NCBI RefSeq assembly: GCF_006345805.1
Contig: NC_043000.1
Span: forward strand, 37,386,001-37,450,000
Reading direction: 5' to 3'
DNA from: Octopus sinensis
Lineage: Eukaryota
Length of the DNA: 64,000 bases
Below, piece after piece: positions 26,830 to 40,371 of this stretch (its first letter is position 1; each line of letters opens with the position of its first letter). A program made the position numbers and the translations under genes. Under the pieces are notes generated by a model. That model did no database searches, was not told the DNA's origin, and saw only the letters and a list, made by a program, of their open reading frames with translations.

Positions 26830-27955
26830 TATTATCACTGTTACTCTTAGGGTGGAAGGCACCTGTTATATCCAACTATATTTCTATTCTGAGCTCGAAT
26901 TGATTTTGCTCTTCATACCTCCAGGTTCCACAAAACTAGAACCAGATGTATACCTTAGTTGACTCAATCAATTGAATTCTTCTGATAAATTTATGGCCTA
27001 ATACAAGAACAAAAATCATTATCATCATTAGCAGCAGTAGCAATATCAACATCATCATCATTATACTAATTATTCTAAAAATATATCCATTAGACATAAA
27101 TCTTAATTTAGCTTTTGAATTTTATTTTAGATTTTGAAACATGCCTTGAGTACTAATTTGATTCGAGCTACATACCTAAGACAAGCTTAGTGTAGTTAAA
27201 TTCAAATATTTTAATTTCATTGCAAATTTCAGTGTTTAGCTTTAAATCAAATTTGAATATTTGATGCAATTGTATTAACAATTGCAATTTTTATTGATTT
27301 TATAAAAATTAATTTGAGAATAAATTGAAATGAGAATTTAACATGCATTAAAATCAGTAATAATTTCTATAATATTCATTGGAGAGCTTTCTCTACAGCC
27401 AAATGAATGTGTAAGTTCTGTTATAAATGTTATTGGTATAATTTGCATTTCATTTAACAAGAAAACTTATTTTGCAAGACTATATGTATGAATGGTTGAG
27501 TGTACTATGAGTGTGGTGAATAACTGAATCACTGCTACACCATTTAAAACAGTGGTATTTAGTAGTGTCTTTCTATGTTCAGATGTTAAATCCCAACAGG
27601 ATCAGTTTTACTTTCCATCGTACTAGGGATGATAAAATACATATAGGTCAAACATTATGTTAGACTTAATTGACTATATTCTTCCTAAAATCCAGTAATG
27701 TTGTACCTATGTTTGCAAATCATTATTATTAAGATTGATTGGCAGAATACAGGGATAGAAAAATAATACATTGCCGTATTTATTTATGTCCCCCTGTGTT
27801 CCAAGTTCAAATCCTGATGAGGCTGACTTTGTCATTATTCCTTCTAGACTTGACATAATAAGTGCCAGAGAATTACTGAAGTCACTGAATCTGACTAGCT
27901 TACTCTGCTAAATTTGTGGCCTTGTGCCAATGTGAAGAGAAATTCTTATAATTAT
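26830..27955 (+). mobile_element. Three degenerate family B SINE copies on the plus strand (~26830-27015, 27570-27725, 27790-27955)
   Basis: B-box-like ctgagctcgaatt, gttaaatccc and gttcaaatcc, each followed by the family B body and an attattatt tail. Confidence 0.55.
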
Positions 27956-28019
27956 CATTACTATTATTGTACATGGTGTAAATGAATGTTTTACATTTGG
28001 AATCAGTGTTTTTGGTATT

Positions 28020-29130
28020 GGGTTACAACCAGTTTTCTTAGATATCAAGGAGATTTCTCAATTAATGCAACTCTGGTAGTTACACCAATCTCAATAACTG
28101 TTAAGTCTGTTGGTGACAGTACCAAGGACACCTAGAACAACTGGGATTACTTTTGTAGAAAGTATTTTTTTAGTCAAATCCTGGTATTTTTGTATTTTCT
28201 TCTGTTCTTTGACCACTACATTCATGCCCACAGATGTAGCTGTATCTATGATGATGCATTCCTTTTTCCCTTGTCCAGAATTGTAAAATCTGGTCAGCTG
28301 GCATGAATTTTGCAATCATCTGCCTGCGCATTAAAATCCATAAAACCTTATACTGGTTATTCTCTATTACACTTTTTGGTTGATGTTCATAACATTTTCT
28401 TCCTACTTCAAATCCCCTGTGCAGTAATATGTCCCAGGTAGTGCCTTGGTCACACAGTCCATGTCTGCATCTATGTTCTCATCATCATTATCGTTTAACA
28501 TCTGTTCTCCATGCTAGCATGGGTTGGACTGTTCGACTGGGGATCTGGGAAGCCAGAAGGCTGCACCAGGCTCTGGTCTTATCTGGCAATGTTTCTACAG
28601 CTGGATGCCCTTCCTAACGCCAACCACTCCATGAGTGTAGTGGGTGCTTTTTACATGCCACCTGCACTGGAGCCAGGCGAGGCTGGCATTGGCCACGGTC
28701 GGATTGGTGCATTTTACGTGCCACCGACACGGAAGCCAGTCAAGGCGGCGCTGGCATCGGCCACGATTCGGATAGTGCTTTTAACGTATCTCCAGTCCAG
28801 GGGTCCTGGCATCTGCCGGGTGCCAGTCATAGGATTGGTTCAATTTCGATTCCGATTTCGATTTCACTTGCCCCAACAGGTCTTCGCAAGCAAAGGGGGG
28901 TTGACATAGGTGCCTGTCGTCGGATGAGGTTCGATATATGGGTAAAAGGATTACAGGAACTTATTATGTACATAATAGATTTCTCTTTCTCATTACATAC
29001 TCTGCACTTGGCACTTTTTTGTGGATTTGACCATAATAACTGGTTTTGAGCAGCCATTGTGAGTCCTTTCATTTCTTTCTTAAGGTCTCCATTCTTCAAC
29101 CATAACCAAAACTTCTCAACTGCTAAGTCC
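28020..29130 (-). mobile_element. R4/Dong-clade LINE fragment interrupted by an RTE-tail insertion
   Basis: NGDLKKEMKGLTMAAQNQ...KCRVC...YIISSC (29099-28940) resumes after the insert as EHRCRH...YEHQPKSVIENNQYKVLW (28479-28340), then IIIDTA...KVIPVVLGVLGTV. Confidence 0.8.
28480..28938 (-). mobile_element. RTE 3'-tail repeat nested inside the Dong fragment
   Basis: Near-consensus tail with many CpGs. It splits the Dong reading frame between the zinc finger and the RHD motif. Confidence 0.85.
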
Positions 29131-29337
29131 TACATTTGTCTGAGATGCTGACTGTGTCACTCTTTTCACCAGATGTTTCTTTCTTGCTCCTGTTTTCTTC
29201 TTTTCCTGTATTCTATTACTGTCTCCACAACTTCTTTCATTTTTCCTCTCCTCTCACAGCCAAAATCAGTCTTTCTGAATTGCTTCATTGTTATTGTTGT
29301 TGTTGTTATTATTATTATTATTATCATTATTATTATT

Positions 29338-29920
29338 GAGTGAGAAAGCAGTGCATGCCATCAATGTGACAGTAAGATAAAATATACAAAGCCCAATATG
29401 CCCATCATGAGTATTGGGCTGATGTGATCCATTAAATTCCATCATGTATCTTATAAGGATACACTAGGCATATGCATCACAACCATATGTGTGCGACATG
29501 GTGATCTCATATCAAGATAAACAACACATGACCTTACAGGTGGGGGCTCAGTTAGAATTTTCTTCAGGTCGAGTAGCACATCCCGGTCAAGAGGTCCTTG
29601 AATAAGGATTTTTTAAGGATGTTGAACGAACCACCCATGTTTCCAAAGGTGAATTATCCAAACCTCTAAGAATTCCTTTCAATACACAGCTATGATGCTC
29701 CCTCACTACTTCTGCTCGTGATCAGAGATGCACATATCATCAGCCACTAAGAGACATGCTCAACTGGTGAAGGTCAAATATCTGACAAGCAAATCTGTGG
29801 TATTGAGCAGAATATTTGCTGTAGCCCATCTTTTATACCAAGACAAAACAATGTACATGATAACACAATCAGTTAAGATCAGAAGCCATGAGAGCCACTG
29901 CCCGGTACTGCATTAGGGCA
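29338..29920. mobile_element. ~580-bp non-coding interspersed element flanked by (ATT)n on both sides, copy 1
   Basis: Collinear with 60918-61454 along most of its length; no coding similarity recognised. Confidence 0.85.
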
Positions 29921-29979
29921 TTTATTATTATTATCATTATCATTACTATTATTATTATTATTATAATTATTATTATTTG

Positions 29980-30278
29980 TGAGGATGCATGATCTAGTAG
30001 TTAAGGTGTTGCACTCAAGATTGTAACATCATGGTTTCAATTCCTAGACCGGGTGGTGCATTGTGTTCTTGAGCAAAGCACTTCATCTCACATTGCTCTA
30101 CAATCCCTTTGACACCTGACATGTGGTACACTATGCACCAGTTCAGGAAATGTCAATTTGATGGAGAATGTGAGCTAATGTGTAACATGAACATTTGATC
30201 ACTATAAACAAATTATTTGTGCAGGTCGTTTGGCAAAAGCTAAACACACATACATCATCTTTGACAGGAGAGCCCATC
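29980..30278 (+). mobile_element. tRNA-headed SINE with a CORE-like central domain
   Basis: A-box-like tgatctagtagttaagg, B-box-like ggtttcaattcc, then gtgttcttgagcaaagcacttcatctcacattgct. Confidence 0.65.
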
Positions 30279-30283
30279 ATAAC

Positions 30284-30315
<32 letters not shown>

Positions 30316-30316
<1 letters not shown>

Positions 30317-30490
30317 ACAGTCTTATTTTTTCACATGCTTTCACTGCACTACTGAGTGCAGCTCTGTGTGCTTTTCGGTATGTGCTGTATTGAAAGTGTT
30401 TTACACAGGATGTGTGCGGTGCCTAGTAGTGTTATTTTCTGTATCTTATATATACTTGTTAGTCCTGGTGTTTTTGTTATGCATTTGTTT
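30316..30490 (-). mobile_element. Extreme 3' end of an R4/Dong-type LINE
   Basis: Minus strand PGLTSIYKIQKITLLGTAHILCKTLSIQ*, then a short UTR abutting (AAT)n. Matches 61510-61700. Confidence 0.8.
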
Positions 30491-31374
30491 GAAACCATTA
30501 TTATTATTACAAGAGAGTAGCATAATCAGTACAATGATGAAAAAATGACCAGCAATATTCAGTGATGTCCCTTTCTTTTTTAAAAACCTTCTAAGGTAGA
30601 CTTAGTTTCTCATCCTTTTGAGGTTTATAAGATAAGTACCAGTAAAGTGTTTGTGACAAAACTAATGATACAGCTTCCATCAAAATTTGTGGCCATCTGC
30701 TATTGTTTTACTGGTTTCTGTCCCTGATTTATGGCTATGCTTGTGCACCAACTTCAAGGAATTTAATGGATCACATCAACCCAATACTCTGATACATAGT
30801 TTATCAATGATTAAAAAAAATTAAATTGCTAAGTTTAAGGTATTACATAAAAAGAGTATATTTGGCATACCAGTGAAAAAAATTACACACATAACATGTA
30901 TCTGCATAGATTCCATTTACCAAATTCTACTCCCAACTTGCCTATATTAGAAATCATTGTCATTGTTGTCATGATGATGATGATGATGATGTTCTTCACC
31001 TCCAATACCATCTCTAACTTGTTCTTGTCCAACTTTATATTTACTCTTACTATAAAATAGTTTGCATTATATTTCTTTCTTTAATTTTCAACAATTTTCC
31101 ATCTTGTATTTCATCTTAACATAGTCGAACTATTCCACAAATTCAGATATTTGTGTAAATTGCTGAAGAAGGTATTTTAGATCATTTCCTATCACCAAAT
31201 ATTTGATTTCTGAAAGAAGATTGGACTGATCTTTCAGCTAGATATTGAAAGAAGTTGAAGTTAGACATGAATATAGCATCAGTCAATACAGCACTTTAAC
31301 ATCACATCTTCAACAACTTATAACTTTGTTATGAAGAAACCATTTGTTATTCAAAACAGTTATTACAGACATGA

Positions 31375-31620
<246 letters not shown>

Positions 31621-33418
31621 AATTCTTTCAGAAACATGAAATGAAGTAAATGGTTAAATACAAAATAAATGTTTGAATACTGATAATCAATGCTATCTAT
31701 CAATAAGTGATTAAGTAGATATATTGAGTTTCCAGGAGAAGGAAAAAGTGAGTGCTGTGATATTTATACATTTTCCAGAATAAAGAACTTAAATATTCAT
31801 AACTGGCAACTGAAACAGGGTCATACAATCAACCTTCTAGAAGCTAAATTTCTTCTGTATGGCATTCATCTGAGTGTCAGACTGCTGATCCTATAACCAC
31901 TGTTCTTTAATTCTTGTGAATGGTTAGATCTCAACACAACACAATTGTTTTAAATCTTTTGTTTTCAACCCTACTGCACATAAGAAGAACACAAGATGTT
32001 TACTAACTTCTAGAGGGCCACTGTTAAGTTAGTATCCTGTTTATATTAGATAATGAAAAAAAGACTAACTTCTTGAATTAAATATCATACATCATACATA
32101 TCATATTTTTATCAACACTTGTACAAACAAATATAATTGTCCATTTTTCACAATGAAGTCATTCTTGTGTGATTCAAGCAAAATCCCAGGGCATACAAAA
32201 TCAGTCTAATGCGAATTTTGTGCAGAATTTAAATGCCAACTCTCCTAACTTCATATAGCTGTGTAGTAGTAAATCTTGGCAAGTTTCTTTTTCATAGTTT
32301 CTGTTGACCAATTCCTTATAACTAGAATTTATGCTGAAGTCCATTATTGAAACCTTAAACATTTAGAAATACCAAAAACAACATAACTTATATGTACAGA
32401 TATTAAAATATATATCTGCCTGAGAACCCTTTCATTGAGATATTAAAGTTTCATATGTTATATACACAATCATCAATGAAGAAAGAAGTTGATTACTGGT
32501 ACACATTTAATTCAGTGATTTTTCTGAAAGAAATATAAAAGTAAAAATAAAAGCAATATATGCATACTCATAGCATCCTAATGAAGCAGAACATGCTTAA
32601 TGTTAATTTACATTTAGTCTCCTACAGGATATGGTGAGCATACACATTACACTTATTTTGGTCATTCTACTTGTTTTGTTGCATTATCTCTCATGAACGA
32701 TCTCACATAATACTGTACTGATCTAAATTTGATCAGTGTTGCTATAATGCATGACTTCCACCAATGGGGACTGGAGGATTGTGCCTTTACAAAGTGGTAT
32801 CAAAATATCCTGGACTAGTTCTGAGGCATGCCAACAGATGGCAACACAGAGTTGCATGTGCAGTGAGAGCTAGTTTTGAGGAAGATGTGTCCATGACTGG
32901 TGAAACGTATACCATTTATGTTCTGCTTAAACTGTTGTTGGTTGATATTTGTAGGGTCATGTACAATGAGGGAGTTTCAGGACAAAAGAGTATGTATAGT
33001 AGTTAGGTCTGGGGAGGACATAATTTGGATGATGAGAAGAGGAGAAGCTACTGAGTTAGGAGAGCTTGTGACAAAAATCACAAGCAGCTCCAAAGAGCAA
33101 GGCCTTTTGTTGTAATGGTAGAAACGACATAGGAGACTGTAGAGCTTAGAGTGTGTTTGTGAGCCAACCAGTTTAATGGCTTTCTCCACAGGCAGTCTAG
33201 GATGTCTGTGTGTAGTACCATTACCCTCCTAGATGTCAAACTCCACTGTGGATCTTTACTAGAGCTTTAGGGAAGGTTAGTAGTTGAAAGGTTCTGAAGA
33301 ATTTTCAGGCTATGAAGAGAAAAGTTAGTGTTTGATATATTAAGGATGTGCATTTGTTGAAAGAAATGCTCAATTATAATATTTAAGTCTAGCATTTGAA
33401 GCTATTGTAATGTAGTTA

Positions 33419-33719
33419 CTCATTGCCAATTATTGTAGTATCGCCACTATTTATGACAATATTTGTTTACACTATAACTGTGTAGTAACAATAAAATATA
33501 GAACAAAGCAAGGTAACAACAACATAACAATCCAACAAACTCTCCATGAACTATACACAAACCAACAAGCGATATTCCACAAACTACCAAAACGACACCT
33601 TATGACTTCCTGCGATTAACACCTACTCTCTCTTTCTCTCTGTCACTCAGACCACTACTATTTATAGTCGTTTGGTTAAGTCCATTCTCTCAGGGGGTGT
33701 TGTGACTCTCACCACAACA
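33419..33719 (-). mobile_element. LTR (33434-33719) with an adjacent primer-binding-site-like motif; probable Gypsy 5' LTR
   Basis: TGT...ACA ends and a minus-strand TATAAATA (33666-33659). TGGCAATGAG lies 5 nt past the LTR end and reads as a CpG-decayed TGGCGACGAG PBS. No TSD found. Confidence 0.55.
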
Positions 33720-34114
33720 GAAGTTAATTATTTGAATTTAACTGAAGCTGTTTAATTCAACTTGAAGCTATACAACTGAAATAAGGGTGCTAGTAGTGTG
33801 TTGCTTGTGTTTAAGGAGAATGAGGTGTGATAATGCTTTCTTGATATGTGAAGTGACAGATTTTTCTTTTTTTCCTGTTGATGGAAAAAGATTGGCACAG
33901 CTCCACTGCAGGATATTTTTAAGATCTTTGTTTCTGAAGTCAGTACAGATTTGTTATGAAGTGTGTAGGTTGCATGTGGATTACACTTGGCTGTGGAAGG
34001 TGAGAGAAGAACGAAAGCTGCTATTTTCTGTGTAGGAGTGGGTGTTGTTAGAGGTGACAGCAAGTATCGCAAAAAGTACCTTACATTTGAAAAATAGCTC
34101 TCTGGTATGCCTCA

Positions 34115-36100
34115 AAACCCAATGAATTATCAAATATCTTTTTGACAAGATTAAGAGCTTTAGACACTTATTGTGACTTTGACAAGTGTAGTACAGAATT
34201 TTCAGTAGTTGATCAATTTATTTAGAAAACAGACAAAACAATCTATGGCCGTCAGCGCTAATAAATTAAGTTACTCAAAACTCCACAAGCACTTGAATTG
34301 GCATCTGATCACGTGTAGATGCTTGAAAAATGTGTAAAGGAATATGAAGAACAATGGAAGTTGGTGGAAATCAATCTGGCAAAGTAGATATATAAAAATT
34401 AAGTTTTCTTGTTTGCGACTCAACAATATAGCTTTTGAAATCTTTCATGATCAGCAAAACAAAAAGAATGTAATAAGTGCTACAAGAGTGAATATCTTGC
34501 ATTGAGTTGCATATAATTAAAAAGAAAAAGTAGAAGAAAAATATTTCACATCAATTTACCAGCAAGTGAAATATCAACGCGATACAGTTAAGAACAATTT
34601 TATGAATCTTGCTTGATATCATGACAATAGTGATAGCATACATTTATTGATTATAGAAGGATATCATTGATACAAATGTTTTCAAACTTACAAGAAACTA
34701 TCCATCACCACAAAATGCATCGTTGTTTTGAATAAAAGAAAATATTCACAGCTCAAATGCTTTAATGAATCTTTTGATATGTCTAGGGTTTAAAAAAGTA
34801 TGAGTGGTAATCTGTGAAACTACAGGCATTAGATTTCAATAACAAGATAACATTCCCTACTTTTCAAGATTTCTTCTAGTTGCAATTGCAAAGACAACTA
34901 GCAAAATTCACTTATATGTTAACATACAACAAGCAAACAAAGCAACTGCTTTCAGATTTTATTGACTAAGTCCAACGAATTTGCTGGAATCATTACTCTT
35001 ATCAATCATTTGGCAAATCAAATAACATCTAATGAACTCTTGTAAGCACTGTTTAGATACTGTAAATTGCAAACTCAACATCATCATCAGTGTTTTCTAC
35101 TTTTCGTTGTAGGCATGGATTAGATGTTTCTCTGAAGCATTTCTTTTTTTATGGTAATATGCCCTTCCTATTGTTAATCTTTTGAAATGTCTCTAAAGGC
35201 ATGCAAGAACATGCTGTTAGAATGAAAGCAGACCATAACTTACAATATAATTTAATTGCATAGCTGTTTATGCATCAAGTTATTAAGTTAGAAGTAAAAT
35301 TTTATAATGAAGTAACCCTTGTTGGTGCAGGTCACCATTACTTTCAAGTTCTTAGGATTGCATTTAATATAATGGGAAGGTTAAATTTGAAAGTCTTTAT
35401 TATTTACACAGGGGATGTTTAAGTATAAAGGAAGAAAGATAATTATTAAAGATGAATAATTTTTTATAATTTTGTGGCTACAAATACAGCAATAAATAAA
35501 AAAAAAATAATTGATATCTGCAGCTCATGTCTATCAATGCAATCATAAAAGCCTTTAGAATTCATTAACAAAACATACAAAAAGACAAGAATATTGATTT
35601 ATAAAGACCCCTTTCAAGAAATTAGTCTTTGGCCTCATTTACCAATGAAGTATTGACCAACAATTTATATACTGAAAGGATTTAGCATGAGTCAAAATTA
35701 TAAGTTGTCTTGATTTTCTATTTTCTATAAACATAGAAGTCCCAGCATTGCTATAAACATAGAAGCAAAATAGTTAATGAGTTTTGTAGTTAATGTTATG
35801 TTCAATATAGAAAATAAAATTAGTGTCATACTAAGACAAACGCTGAGATATGAAGATTTTAGAAAACTTTTAAAATGATTTCAAACTTCTCCGTCTTTAA
35901 TGGGAATATATCTCCATATGCTTACAAATGTATCAAGATACAAATTGAGTACCATTGAACAATATAGAAAAGACTGAGAATGATATCAACAGCGTTGAGG
36001 TAATAAAAAAAAAATGACTTATAATAAATGAAGAAGCGAAAAACTACAAACTTATGCTGTTATCAAGGAGTAATGATGAAAGGATGTCTATCAGAAGAAC
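34115..36100 (+). mobile_element. Highly degenerate Gypsy gag-pol remnant
   Basis: FLTRLRALDTYCDF...VDQFI (gag), CNKCYKSEYLALSC (CX2CX4HX4C remnant, 34469-34510), ILLDI (protease-like), TKTNAEI*RF*KTFK (integrase ERFN.TLK-like, 35830-35874). Confidence 0.6.
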
Positions 36101-37339
36101 ACCTAAAGAAGTACAATCTCAAACAATTAATTTCAAATAGAACATTGCTTTAAAAACTCACCTCTGTTTCTTAATGTCAGTAAATGATAACAGTATATGT
36201 CAATCCCAGTATATGACATGCTAAGAAATTTGAGGTCTCTATAGCATTAAAACACATAATGTTCTCCTTTCTGCTAGCATAGTACAAGTATTTTCCATTG
36301 CTCAAAGTATGCAACTTCATGATTATTCAAAGTAGACAGTCTTACAATACTAAATTCATGACAAATGAGATTCATAACTGAGAGACAAAATATAGCTCAG
36401 CTTGCAAGATAGCCATTCATAGAATCAGGAAAATTTAGAGTAGCCATGTATATAACTGCAGGCCTTGTTTGAACAAAACTGATCGGGTCAGCTGAATGGC
36501 AGCAATGATAATAGATGACATTAAACCTTGATTCCCATATTTCACTTTATTTCATTTTTTCTTGCTAGAGATAACTTCATTCATAAAAATATTTGAAAAC
36601 AAACTATTGTTACAATCAAGCAACAGAATCATTAGAGCAGTGTGTCCTTTTTTTATTTAATTTAGTAGGGTGTAATTTGAGTAAGATTTGGCAATAGTTT
36701 CTGGTAGGTTGACTATATAGAGGTTCCTTCTTTACTTCATTTTCAGCTCAGGTTTCTTTTATGGTATGGAATCACTATTCAATTTCATTAAAAGTTTTTT
36801 ATGTTAGTAAAGCATGATTAATTCTCCAACTTTACACTCACTACTAAAATGTCCAATTTACATTTATTCAAAAAATAATAGTTTATTCAAAGAATAATGG
36901 TTTAAAGATATATAGATTTAACAGTGGGGTAGATAGATATGTTATCAGTTGACACAATTTCATTTCACTAAAGTTATTTTGGGTTTGTGCAAGGCCGGGG
37001 TACCAGTGATTCCCTCTTCTAGTGAGACAAGTAAAAGAGACATAGCTAAGGTTTTCATTACTTTGGAGATGGCATATCACAGAATATCACATTTTGTGGT
37101 CTTTTGATTAATAAGAAAAGTAGGTGTTGATGAATGGCTTCTAAGAGCCATGCAAGTCTTGTACAGAGGTGTTGTCAGCTAAGTAAGTCAGTAACAAATG
37201 TAGCAAGATGAGTGGTCTATTGGAACTTTTGTATAGTGATAACTTAATTCTCGTTGAAATTTCAAACATAGAAGCAAAAATTAGAATGGAGAGATTTTAG
37301 TATAAATTGAACAAACGCAAACATTTTTAGCAGGGAAGA

Positions 37340-37680
37340 AACAGGAATCTACTGACATCTTGAATGTGGTCATACTTGAAATAGAGAAAAGAAGTGGGTA
37401 AGAATTCTATATGATGTACCAAAGTAAAATGTGTACACAAGAGAAGCAGTAGGATCACAGGCTCTGATAGAGAATGAGGATTTTGTCTGCAACAGATACA
37501 CAGGAGTGCATAGCAGCAAGACCCAATAAAATACAAATATACTCAGAGGGCTCCCTAACAGTTTCTAGTACCTAGGTGATCTAATTTGTAGTGGATGAGA
37601 GTGTTTTGAAAAAACGAGAGCAAGAACAGTGTTAGAAAAGTTCAGGGAGCTATTACACATCTGTAAGCAACAAAGAGGAC
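37340..37680 (+). mobile_element. Degenerate RTE LINE ORF fragment
   Basis: gtgggtaagaattctatatgatgtacc and aaagttcagggagctattac align with 17490-17520 and 17732-17750. Confidence 0.6.
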
Positions 37681-40371
37681 TATGCTTTGTTTGGACATTC
37701 CATTTTTGGCAGTTTCTGACGCCAACTTCCTGCATGCTAAATCTCATGAAAGAGATCATAAAGGGCTGCAACAAGTAACGAGATGTGTTGGAAAAAAACC
37801 ATCCAACTTATAAATGCATGGAAATATGAACATCTAATTATGAAATTGAAATAACTATAATCATTTCAGAATCACTGATTTACATTCAAATAATATGTAT
37901 ATATTATAAAGGTATTTATACTGATTTTGAAACAGAATAAGTACAAAAAAGTGTTTACATACACATCATTCCCTCTTCAACTCTCTGTGTCTAAGACCTC
38001 ATCATTTAACATCAGTTTTCCATGCTGGCATAGGTTGGATGGCTTGACAGAAGCAGCAAAGTCAGGGCCCACACCAGGTTTTATAGTCTACCTTGGCTTG
38101 GCCTCCACAGCAGGACACCCTTCAAATGATGAAAGGAAGAGTAACAAGTGTTATATTTTCTGGATCAGTTGGAGAAAAGGAAATGCCCATGATCTTTCCA
38201 CCACTACCAAGACTAATGGGAAGTAATATTATCCTCAGACCAGAGACCTGGCCTAAATTCTTGCAATGGAATGGACTCTACTAAAGGTGTCCAAGGGCTG
38301 GGTAGTGATGATAAACTGGGCAATGGGTTAAGTTTTTCATCCAGAAATGGGATGACCCACAAGGATGGAGGTATATGTAGTCAGTTCAAGAGAGCAGAGA
38401 TCATTGTAGTAAGGAGAAGAAACACAACATTTGTGAGGTAGTAATTATTTGTTTGTTTGTGAATTAAGGCAATTAGTTGAATGAATTTTTGGATATAGTC
38501 TAGAATATTTCTGTGAGTACTAATTATACAAGTAGTTCTCCATTGTGGAACTTTGCAGAGGGTCAGCAATTATTTGTATTTCTATTATCATGTTATGCTT
38601 ATCAATAAACATCTTTTCACCTCACTTGCATCTAAATTTGCCTATATAAAAGAACTAAAAATCACAACTTTTATTTTCCCTTCTATAAATATCAAACCTG
38701 AAGTCTTTTTTGCAAAGAAAACCTTATTTCCAGAGGAAACCCTAAACCAAAAGGGACCTCTTCTGAATGAAGAACAGAATAGCTGAAAAGAATATCTACA
38801 CAAACCTGACACCACTATCATTGCTGAATTTGTAAAATTTGTAAAAGTTTACATTTTTAGCTTTATAGCAGGATGATATTGTGTTTAGTGGAGCAGTTTT
38901 TATTAAAAATAGATATTATACCACACACACATTACAGATGGTTGCATAGTAGCAGAGATACATAATAGACAGAAGATCATTAGCGAAATATATAGTCTTT
39001 ATAGTTATTTACACACAGAAAAAACCCGACTCACTCTTTCTCTCTTCAAGTGGTATGCTTAAGAGATTAGAAGGCAGACTAATATAAAGAGTATTAAAAT
39101 AATGCCAAATCAACCACAATGCTATTAAAATGAAATTTAAACAGATGAAAGACACATGTAAAATTCCTCCAAACTGGCATCAAAGAAGGTACTGAGACAC
39201 TGGTAAGCCAGAGTAAATTTAAAATAACATTATAATCAGATTGAAATAAACATGAGAAAGACAAACTGTTAAGCAGAAAAACTTTTCTAGAATGAAAAAA
39301 CAAATCAGATACAAAACCAATGATGCTAATGAGAGCAATGAATATTACATTAGAAGATTTTTTTCTGCACTATTAACCTCTTCTTTTGTATTTATTTTTG
39401 GGTTTCAATTAGGTGATTCTCTTATCAAGTCCAAGTATCATAAAAACATTTGGTCATCATCTACTTTGAGAAAACTAAGTTAGAAAAACATTTATCATAG
39501 GTTGGCAGAAAGAAAATGAACAAATGAATAATGTATAAGCTTCTAGCTTCATAGATCTTAGATTTAATATAGCTACTGAGGTTTTATATCTCTTGGAAGA
39601 AAAAAAAATCCATATGACCCACTGCACTGATATACAGCCAGAAGAGGTACCATTTCATTTGGTATATTGCTCAGGATACTCTGAATTTGTTGTCCTGTAT
39701 TAAGAAAGGTTGTTTCCCATCTACGTAACACTGTAAAATAATCCTTTCTATTACAAGCACAAGTCTTGATTTTTGAGGGAAGGAATAAGCCAATTACATC
39801 TTATTTCATTGACTCTCAAAGGATGAAAAAGCAAAGTTTGCTTTGACAGAATTTGAACTCAGAACGTAATAACATTGTAAAATAATGAGCAAAGAAAACA
39901 GTTTATATCTGCTCAATTAATCTGCTAGAAATAACAGCCACATCTCCGTGAACTAAGACACTAAAATATTAAAAAAAAAAAGGAGACATCAGTTAATGTA
40001 TTTTGAGATATATTATACCTGGAATAATAAAAAGAAAAATGATGGAATAATCACAACTGGATTACCTTTGATCATAAGTTCATGAGATCAGAACCAAGTT
40101 TGGGTTACATCAGCAACTCTTAAGTAAGACCTAAACATTAACACTTATTAAGTAGTTGCTTCTTCAGCACATAAAACATTAACAAAGATTATATCCACAG
40201 ATATGTCTGTATCTATTTTACTAAATATCTTTATTAGCAAAACATTCACACACACAATACAAATTTAAGACCTATGTACAAGCTATGGTCAAACAGATAA
40301 GTTAGTGGCACATGAATATCATAAATATCTGGCGCATAGTATGTGTGGGAAAATGTGAGAAGGTTACTTAA

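Noticed and set aside
32764-33189. ORFs downstream of the LTR/PBS as a gag gene
   Set aside because: Only a vague resemblance, and no diagnostic motif could be confirmed by eye.
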